Assembly (NCBI GenBank): GCA_964444955.1
Contig: CAYUJB010000001.1
Location: 77,368-141,367, forward strand
DNA: 64,000 nt
Direction of reading: 5' to 3'
From: an uncultured Candidatus Saccharibacteria bacterium
Lineage (GTDB): Bacteria; Patescibacteriota; Minisyncoccia; 2-02-FULL-40-12; GWA2-44-9
A program made the position numbers and the translations under genes. Below, one piece after another: positions 57,835-64,000 of the stretch (position 1 is the stretch's first letter; the number at the start of each line of letters is the position of its first letter). The notes below the pieces were generated by a model. It ran no database searches and was not told the origin of the DNA. It saw only the letters and a program-made list of their open reading frames with translations.

Positions 57835-58320
57835 ATGGCATCACGTCACCTCGCACGCTCTGTCGCGATGCAAGCCCTCTACGAGTGGGATTTTAAAGGT
57901 CGCAGTGACGACCTTTTGCCGGCCATCCTCGAGCACACGATCAAAGAATTCGGTGATGGCATCGAAGAGCCCGAGTTTATTGTGCTCTTGGTGAAAGGGA
58001 CGCTTGGGCACGTTGAGGAGATCGATCGCATCATCGAACGCGCTGCACCGCAGTGGCCGATCGATCAGATCGCTATGGTAGATCGCAATGTACTCCGTCT
58101 GGGTCTCTATGAGCTCATGTGGGGAGATCGCGATGCGGTGCCACCAAAAGTTGCCATCAATGAGGCCATCGAGCTGGCCAAATCGTTTGGCGGAGAGTCG
58201 AGCGGGCGCTTCATCAATGGTGTGTTGGGCACGGTGTACAAAGAAATGGGTGAGCCAGGCAAGGATGACGCGCCATCGCGCAAGAGTGAAGAGAAAAGCG
58301 AAGAAGAAGTGCAGTCTTAA
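57835..58320 (+). CDS. nusB: transcription antitermination factor NusB
   Basis: [15 protein letters not shown]-terminus; all-helical, about 160 aa. Confidence 0.9.
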   Translation: MASRHLARSVAMQALYEWDFKGRSDDLLPAILEHTIKEFGDGIEEPEFIVLLVKGTLGHVEEIDRIIERAAPQWPIDQIAMVDRNVLRLGLYELMWGDRDAVPPKVAINEAIELAKSFGGESSGRFINGVLGTVYKEMGEPGKDDAPSRKSEEKSEEEVQS

Positions 58321-58386
58321 TTTCTCGGGCCGTAGATCAAGCATGGTGGTTAGCCGCCCTGCTCGCTGTGTGGCTCGCATCGACCT

Positions 58387-59091
58387 ATGTCGAGCAAAGA
58401 ACTCGCGCAATTCCAAGAGCGCATCGGGTACCGATTCAAGGACCCCAAGTTGTTAGGGCAAGCAATAACGCACCGCTCATACCTCAATGAGCATCCCGAT
58501 TGGCCAACCGGTCACAACGAACGGTTGGAGTTTTTGGGTGATGCCGTGCTCGAGTTAGTTGTCACCGAGTACCTCTATGAGCACTACCCCTCGACCCAAG
58601 AAGGGGAGATGACCAACTGGCGCGCTGCACTAGTGAACGCCAACATGCTTTCTGGCATTACGAATGAATTTGATCTCAACGCCCACATGCTGCTCTCGCG
58701 CGGCGAGGCGCGTGATACCGGGCGCGCACGCCAATACATCTTAGCCAACGCCATCGAAGCACTCATTGGCGCGATGTACCTCGATGGTGGGGTTGAACCG
58801 TGTCGTGCATTCATCGGGCAGTTTGTGTTAGCGCACCTACCCGAAATTATCTCCAAGAAACTCTATCGCGATCCCAAGTCGCTGTTGCAGGAAGAAGCGC
58901 AGGATCGCATTAGTGTCACTCCCACCTATCGGGTGATGGAAGAGTGGGGACCGGACCACGCGCGCCAGTTTAAGATTGGCGTGTATCTTGGCCGCGAGCT
59001 CGTCGGGGAGGGACAGGGTGAATCCAAACAAGATGCGCAGCAGGTTGCCGCTGAGGATGCCCTGAAGAATAAGAAGTGGGCCGGTAGGTAA
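58387..59091 (+). CDS. rnc: ribonuclease III
   Basis: RNase III signature ERLEFLGDAVLELVVTEYLY and a C-terminal dsRBD. Confidence 0.95.
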   Translation: MSSKELAQFQERIGYRFKDPKLLGQAITHRSYLNEHPDWPTGHNERLEFLGDAVLELVVTEYLYEHYPSTQEGEMTNWRAALVNANMLSGITNEFDLNAHMLLSRGEARDTGRARQYILANAIEALIGAMYLDGGVEPCRAFIGQFVLAHLPEIISKKLYRDPKSLLQEEAQDRISVTPTYRVMEEWGPDHARQFKIGVYLGRELVGEGQGESKQDAQQVAAEDALKNKKWAGR

Positions 59092-59224
59092 CCCTGCCGC
59101 CTGCTGGCTCTAGGGCACTTTTTGACGGGTACAAAAAGCGAGCACTGGGCAGGGAGGTAGAGAAAAGTTCTCTCCAGTGTGCGGGGCTTGCCACTTTTAC
59201 CCCAATAGTGTAGGATAATGCACT

Positions 59225-59512
59225 ATGTTGAAGATTCGACTACAGCGTATCGGCAAGAAGAAGCAGGCCCATTATCGTATTTCGGTGATGGAGCACACCA
59301 AGAAACCCCAGGGCAAATACCTGGAGCTTTTGGGCACCTATGATCCTCACGCCAAGGTGTTTAAGGTCGACCGAGAAAAGGTCGAGACCTACATGAAAAA
59401 CGGGGCCCAAATCAGCCCTACGGTTAACAACCTCATGGTCAACTACAAAGTGTGGGATCGACCGAAGATGGAGAGCTGGAAGCCAAAGCAGAAAAAGGCG
59501 GAGGGCAAATAA
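59225..59512 (+). CDS. rpsP: 30S ribosomal protein S16
   Basis: MLKIRLQRIGKKKQAHYRI. Confidence 0.95.
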   Translation: MLKIRLQRIGKKKQAHYRISVMEHTKKPQGKYLELLGTYDPHAKVFKVDREKVETYMKNGAQISPTVNNLMVNYKVWDRPKMESWKPKQKKAEGK

Positions 59513-59560
59513 TGACACTGACAACAAGGAGCCATACGGCTCCTTGTTGCTAAAAACCCC

Positions 59561-60193
59561 ATGCAGACGCTCAAGATTGATCTTGAAGCAGACTACATGC
59601 CCTCGCTCGACCGCGTCGTCGCTGTACTACGGCGTGGCGGCACCGCGGTAGTGCCCACTGACACCATGTACGGCTTGGGATGCAATGCACTCAATCCCGT
59701 GGCGGTTGGGCGTGTGTTTGATATCAAGCATCGCAGTTACGTCAAAGCGCTCCCCATGCTGGTGCGCGATTTGTCGTGGGCCAAAGAGCTGGTGTACATG
59801 ACACCCGAACACGAAAAACTCATCGCGCAATTTTGGCCGGGCAAGGTGACCTTTGTACTCCCGCGTCGCCCCATCGTGCCTGCTGTTACGTGTGGCGGGG
59901 GACAGGCGGTTGGCATCCGCGCGCCTGACCTGCCTTTTTTGCAGACACTCCTGCGCCATTTGGGGTATCCCATCGCGGCAACATCGGCCAATCGCAGTGG
60001 CACGGAGCCAACCAACGACGCAGAGCGTATCGCGTTTAATTTTGCGCAATCAGCCCCACAGCCCGATCTCATTATCGATGCGGGGGTGCTCTCTGATTCG
60101 TTGCCATCTACCGTGGTCGATTTGTCCGGCCGCATCCCGCGCATCTTGCGCCAGGGTGCGGTGCGAGCTGACAAAATCATGGCGCTCTTGTAA
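59561..60193 (+). CDS. tsaC: L-threonylcarbamoyladenylate synthase (TsaC/YrdC)
   Basis: VVPTDTMYGLGCNA motif. Confidence 0.85.
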   Translation: MQTLKIDLEADYMPSLDRVVAVLRRGGTAVVPTDTMYGLGCNALNPVAVGRVFDIKHRSYVKALPMLVRDLSWAKELVYMTPEHEKLIAQFWPGKVTFVLPRRPIVPAVTCGGGQAVGIRAPDLPFLQTLLRHLGYPIAATSANRSGTEPTNDAERIAFNFAQSAPQPDLIIDAGVLSDSLPSTVVDLSGRIPRILRQGAVRADKIMALL

Positions 60194-60204
60194 TATAGAT
60201 CGTC

Positions 60205-61008
60205 ATGGAAGCTACTATCATCAATGGACGTGCCATAGCCGACACCATACTCTCGGGTTTGGCTACGCAGGTCGCAGCGTTGGGCGTGCCACTGCAGTTG
60301 GCTGCCGTGTGTGCAGGTGATAATGAGGGACTCAAGACATTCGTGCGTCTCAAGCAAAAAGCTGCGCACTCGATCGGTGTACAATTTTCGAGTTACTTTT
60401 TTGATGCCAATCAGGAGTCGGAAGCGCGCCAAGCACTGCAGTACCTTGCCGCTGATGACGATGTGCAGGGGATTTTTGTGGAGCTCCCACTGCCAGCGTC
60501 GTGGGATAGCGCGGCACTCACCAAGCTTATTGTTGCACAGAAGGATGTCGACGTGCTCGCTAAAGGCGTACTACTACCACCGGCGGTGCGTGCGCTCCAA
60601 TACGTGGTAGACGCTCACGCCATACCCATCAGCGGCGTACGTGTTGCCGTGGTGGGTGCGGGGGCGCTGGTTGGACGACCCGTTGCTCAGTGGCTCGCAG
60701 CGCAAGGCGCACTCGTTGAGGTGATTGATATTGATACGACAAATCCCCAGGATAGATCACGCCACGCCGATGTTGTTATCGCAGCTACGGGCGTTCCGGG
60801 ACTGGTCACCGATGCGTGGATCAAAGAAGGCGCTACGGTGATTGATTATGGTTATGGCAAACAAGGCGATGCCTACGTGGGTGATGTTGATCTTGCGTCG
60901 GTGCACAAAAAAGCCGGCTTGCTAACGCCGGTGCCGGGAGGGATGGGGCCGCTCGTGATTGCGGCGGTTTTGGAGAACCTCGTGCTCCTTGCGACTAGCA
61001 GCTCGTGA
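60205..61008 (+). CDS. folD: bifunctional methylenetetrahydrofolate dehydrogenase/cyclohydrolase
   Basis: 267 aa; the GVPGLV and PVPGGMGP motifs are typical of FolD. Confidence 0.95.
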   Translation: MEATIINGRAIADTILSGLATQVAALGVPLQLAAVCAGDNEGLKTFVRLKQKAAHSIGVQFSSYFFDANQESEARQALQYLAADDDVQGIFVELPLPASWDSAALTKLIVAQKDVDVLAKGVLLPPAVRALQYVVDAHAIPISGVRVAVVGAGALVGRPVAQWLAAQGALVEVIDIDTTNPQDRSRHADVVIAATGVPGLVTDAWIKEGATVIDYGYGKQGDAYVGDVDLASVHKKAGLLTPVPGGMGPLVIAAVLENLVLLATSSS

Positions 61009-61243
61009 TGCGGACGGTGATTTCTTGACCGCAGTGTTGGCACCGCTTTTCGTGGAGCGCACATGCGAGACAGAGATGAAAATCTTGACTCGTCGTATCG
61101 ATAGGACAGTGCGCACATGAACCGTGGCGACTATCCACCCACGTGCCGTCACATTCGGGGCAGAGAAGATACGACTCGGGGAGTGTTGGTTGCTCGACTC
61201 GTTTTTGTTTCTGAAGTTGTCGCATCCCTCCGTTCACGGTCAA
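60995..61243 (-). CDS. small Cys/His-rich zinc-ribbon hypothetical protein
   Basis: 82 aa with CPECDG...CAHCP...CLAC...CQHCGQ. Coding status uncertain. Confidence 0.35.
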   Translation of the reverse strand: MTVNGGMRQLQKQKRVEQPTLPESYLLCPECDGTWVDSRHGSCAHCPIDTTSQDFHLCLACALHEKRCQHCGQEITVRITSC

Positions 61244-61442
61244 TAATATTTTTCATGATAGCACTTTGAAATTTCATGCAATGCAATTTCTGTGCATAAA
61301 AAATACAAATAAAAATGCGGGAGCTTTTCAGCCCCCGCGTGTGGCGCGCCGCCACGTATTGAACCCCGGGCCTCTTCTAGACCGACGTTCAAGCTAGTAT
61401 TAAGTATAGCATACTTCCAGCACTAAGTCAAGTAGCGGAAAA

Positions 61443-61613
61443 TGAGGTGGGAATTGCCCTCGGTTGGAATCTCGCCGTCGCGAGCCTCCACCTCCGGGAC
61501 CGGGCCTCGCGGCGACACCTCCTGGCATCGCATCGCTCCGGCCGTTCAACTCCCACCTTCTGGCCATCAGCACTACAAAACCGTCCCGCAAGGGGACGGC
61601 TTTGTAGTGTAGC
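61443..61613 (-). other. tRNA-3'-flanking module B: hairpin, conserved-core element, and partial direct repeat of the tRNA-Leu 3' end
   Basis: A 15-bp hairpin lies at 61572-61606. On the tRNA-sense strand the element begins gaggtgggagttgaac, a 16/16 match to the reverse complement of the tRNA T-arm/acceptor. It ends gagggcaattcccacctca plus tttt. The core blocks cggagcgatgcgat, gtcgccgcgagg and gcgacggcgag are shared with modules A and C. Confidence 0.7.
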
Positions 61614-61697
61614 GGTGCCTGAGGTGGGAGTTGAACCCACAAGTCCGTGAGGACACGCGATTTTGAGTCGCGCGCGTATGCCAATTCCGCCACTCAG
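61614..61697 (-). tRNA. tRNA-Leu(CAA), type II
   Basis: Acceptor gcctgag/ctcaggc, anticodon loop ctCAAaa, long variable arm, T-arm gtggg-ttcaact-cccac, discriminator A. Confidence 0.8.
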
Positions 61698-61797
61698 GCT
61701 ACATGTATCTTGTAGCGGGTAGTATACCTGCTTAGCACTGATTTTTCAATGTTATCCGCATTGCAGCAGTCATCTCGCGTGCTATGATTCGTGGTAT

Positions 61798-62559
61798 ATG
61801 GCACGTGTGATTGCAGTGTGTAATCAGAAGGGTGGGGTAGGCAAGACCACCACGTCCGTCAATCTTGGCGCGTATCTTGCTGCACAAGGCAAGTATGTGC
61901 TGCTTGTCGATTTGGATTCACAGGCCAACGCTACCATGGGCTTGGGTGTGGAGCTCCATCCCACCGCACAGAACGTCTATCACTCGCTCGTGTCCGATGT
62001 GAGTCCCGAATCCATGGTTATCAAGACGCCGATGTTTGGCTACGACATTTTACCAGCGGCACAATCACTCGCGGGGGCGACCGTAGAACTGGTGGGCATG
62101 CAAGAGCGTGAGTATCGTCTGCGTCGCGTGCTCAATCATTTGCGCAACAACTACGACTATGTGCTCATCGACTGCCCGCCATCGCTCGGGCTGCTCACCA
62201 TCAACGCGCTGGCCGCAGCGGATCGCGTGCTTATTCCCGTGCAGACCGAATACTACGCTCTCGAGGGACTGGGGCAGCTCATGCGTACCATCGAGTTGGT
62301 GCGCGGCACCATCAATAGCGACCTGGGTGTAATGGGCGTGGTGCTTACTATGCATGACAAGCGCAACCAGCTCTCGCGCCAGGTGGTCAATGAAGTCATC
62401 AATAATTTCCCCGGACGCGTCTTTGAATCCATCGTGCCGCGCGTCATCTCGGTTGCCGAAGCGCCGAGTTTTGGCAAAACTATTTTGCAGCATGACCCCA
62501 GCTCCAAGGCCGCACAAGCCTACCACCGCTTGGCACAGGAAATAATTCGTTTAAACTAG
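61798..62559 (+). CDS. parA: chromosome partitioning ATPase ParA/Soj
   Basis: Deviant Walker A KGGVGKTTT. Confidence 0.9.
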   Translation: MARVIAVCNQKGGVGKTTTSVNLGAYLAAQGKYVLLVDLDSQANATMGLGVELHPTAQNVYHSLVSDVSPESMVIKTPMFGYDILPAAQSLAGATVELVGMQEREYRLRRVLNHLRNNYDYVLIDCPPSLGLLTINALAAADRVLIPVQTEYYALEGLGQLMRTIELVRGTINSDLGVMGVVLTMHDKRNQLSRQVVNEVINNFPGRVFESIVPRVISVAEAPSFGKTILQHDPSSKAAQAYHRLAQEIIRLN

Positions 62560-62563
62560 CACT

Positions 62564-63469
62564 ATGGTCAAGAAACTTTTTGGACTGGGGAAAGGACTGA
62601 GCTCGCTGATTCCCGATGCAGTGGCAGATGCGGTCAACAATCGTCGCGAGACCATCTACTATGTTGAGGTTGCCAAGATTCAGGCCAACCCCGATCAGCC
62701 GCGCACCGATTTTGATCAAGAAGCACTCGCTGATCTCTCGCGCAGTATTCGGAAATTCGGTGTGCTTCAGCCGCTCTTGGTATCGAAGATAGAAGAAGAC
62801 TTGCCGCGCGGACGCGTAGTCAAATACCAGCTTATTGCCGGTGAGCGTCGGTGGCGTGCCGCGCAGCTGGCGGGCTTGCCGCAGGTTCCCGTGATTATTC
62901 GTGACGACCTCACGCCGGAAAGCTCGGGCAAGAAATCCAACAGTCTTGAAATCGCACTCATCGAGAATATTCAGCGCGAAGACCTCAACCCCATCGAAAC
63001 CGCCGAGGCGTACGCACGCTTAGCAGGGGAGTTTGGCCTCACCCAGCAAGAGATCGGCGATAAAGTTGGCAAGTCGCGCGAAGCGGTAGCCAATACCATG
63101 CGTCTCAATAATCTTCCTAAGTACATCAAGGATGCCACTCGAGCCGGCACCATCACGGGTACTGCGGCACGTGCACTGCTTTCGTTTCAGACCGAGAGCG
63201 CTCAAAAAGCTGCCTATGAACAGCTCACGACGGGCGGGTTCTCCACCAAAGATGTCGAATACTCAGCATCTGCCGCAAAGGCTGCCGTTGGTCGCCGTAC
63301 AGTCCGCTACAATGCCAAATACGACGACCTCATGCGCAACCTCCAAGAGCACTTGGGCGCGCCGGTTATCATTCGCACCGGGAGCTCCAGCTCCAAGACC
63401 GGGCAGATTGTGATTCGATTTGCCGATATCGAACATCTCAATACCGTGGTGAAGAAGATTATCGATTAG
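62564..63469 (+). CDS. parB: chromosome partitioning protein ParB/Spo0J
   Basis: ParB box LIAGERRWRAA and an HTH region. Confidence 0.9.
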   Translation: MVKKLFGLGKGLSSLIPDAVADAVNNRRETIYYVEVAKIQANPDQPRTDFDQEALADLSRSIRKFGVLQPLLVSKIEEDLPRGRVVKYQLIAGERRWRAAQLAGLPQVPVIIRDDLTPESSGKKSNSLEIALIENIQREDLNPIETAEAYARLAGEFGLTQQEIGDKVGKSREAVANTMRLNNLPKYIKDATRAGTITGTAARALLSFQTESAQKAAYEQLTTGGFSTKDVEYSASAAKAAVGRRTVRYNAKYDDLMRNLQEHLGAPVIIRTGSSSSKTGQIVIRFADIEHLNTVVKKIID

Positions 63470-63472
63470 CAA

Positions 63473-64000
63473 TCACGCTGACCACTCTGCGTCGAGCAGT
63501 CGCGTGGGTGATGCGGTGGTGATGTTGGTGCATGCCTCGTGATGCACAGTGACGCCGCGGGTCATGGTGAGATACCCCACGATAGGCTGGGGGTGCGCAG
63601 GTGTGCAGCAGCGTCCGAGTTTGTAGGCGAGGCCGGGCTGGCCGTCGATGGTCACGTGGAGTGCGGTCCCAGTTGCCGTGGGGCGTGTGGTGCCTTTGCG
63701 GTGCACTTTGCGCGTTGCCGTGGGCAACAGCTGTGCAGGCGCGATGGTACGCGCCACAACCGCGGGGTCAATATCGCCCACACCGACTTGCGTGAGCAGC
63801 TCCGTGAGCGTCTTGGATGCGCTCGCCTTAATCATCGCGGTGAGTTGGCGACGATTGATTTTATCCAGCGACAGTCCCATCTTGGCGAGTTCACGATTGA
63901 TGAGCACGCGACCGTCTGCGGTGATCATGCCGGGGTCGTTTTTCTTGAGCCAACTTTTTATGTGTTTGCTGGCTTGGCTTGTTTTGACGATGGTGAGCCA
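63473..64000 (-). CDS. relA: (p)ppGpp synthetase/hydrolase RelA/SpoT family, C-terminal part (truncated by window edge)
   Basis: Conserved CC/zinc-finger region LGRCCTPAHPQPIVGYLTMTRGVTVHHEAC and a C-terminal ACT-like end. The N-terminus lies beyond 64000. Confidence 0.7.
   Translation of the reverse strand, partial: WLTIVKTSQASKHIKSWLKKNDPGMITADGRVLINRELAKMGLSLDKINRRQLTAMIKASASKTLTELLTQVGVGDIDPAVVARTIAPAQLLPTATRKVHRKGTTRPTATGTALHVTIDGQPGLAYKLGRCCTPAHPQPIVGYLTMTRGVTVHHEACTNITTASPTRLLDAEWSA

Noticed and set aside
61400-61693. 97-aa ORF on the minus strand
   Set aside because: Overlaps tRNA-Leu(CAA) and flanking module B. The Gly/Arg/Pro-rich composition is typical of a GC-rich spurious frame.
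61244-61800. parS site near parAB
   Set aside because: No match to the tgtttcacgtgaaaca consensus in the parA upstream region. The closest palindrome in the window (gtttcaatatttgaac at about 40562) is imperfect and lies at the 3' end of the GT2 gene.

Overview
GC-rich, gene-dense bacterial window of about 70 CDS and 7 tRNAs, nearly all housekeeping genes. Hallmarks suggest a reduced-genome, Candidate Phyla Radiation (CPR)/Patescibacteria-like organism (inference): rplK is followed by a terminator and tmk with no rplA (L1 is absent in Parcubacteria); ThrRS is shortened; gatCA and gatB are at separate loci; a comFC-divergent type IV pilus/competence locus (pilM-N-O-B-C, pilin, pilD, four minor pilins) has no secretin or pilT in the window; small secreted, lipo- and repeat proteins are numerous. 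Core genes include xth, infB, ligA, ileS, glyQS, pheS, thrS, gyrB, dnaE, secE-nusG-rplK, tmk, miaA, rpmF, nusB, rnc, rpsP, tsaC, folD, parAB and a partial relA/spoT at the 3' edge. The most unusual structures are noncoding or domain-level. (1) A recurring module sits immediately 3' of four tRNA genes (Arg-CCG, a Ser-like type II tRNA, Ser-GCU, Leu-CAA). Each is a perfect 13-16 bp hairpin, then a roughly 100-160 nt element that opens with an inverted copy of the tRNA T-arm and has conserved core blocks, then a 12-21 nt direct repeat of the tRNA 3' end whose T-loop is shortened to a tetraloop. (2) IleRS carries an in-frame, roughly 200-aa histidine-phosphatase (PGAM-like, RHGE...SHGD) domain insertion. 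(3) A single-chain PheS fused to a C-terminal FDX-ACB domain gives a mitochondrial-type PheRS architecture. (4) Two small GIY-YIG proteins each overlap the 5' end of a downstream tRNA. (5) A GT2 glycosyltransferase cassette is bracketed by a roughly 100 bp duplication of the upstream gene's 3' end. (6) A roughly 195 bp near-identical dispersed repeat occurs in two copies and a shared palindromic hairpin module in three. No rRNA, CRISPR, transposase or integrase was seen.
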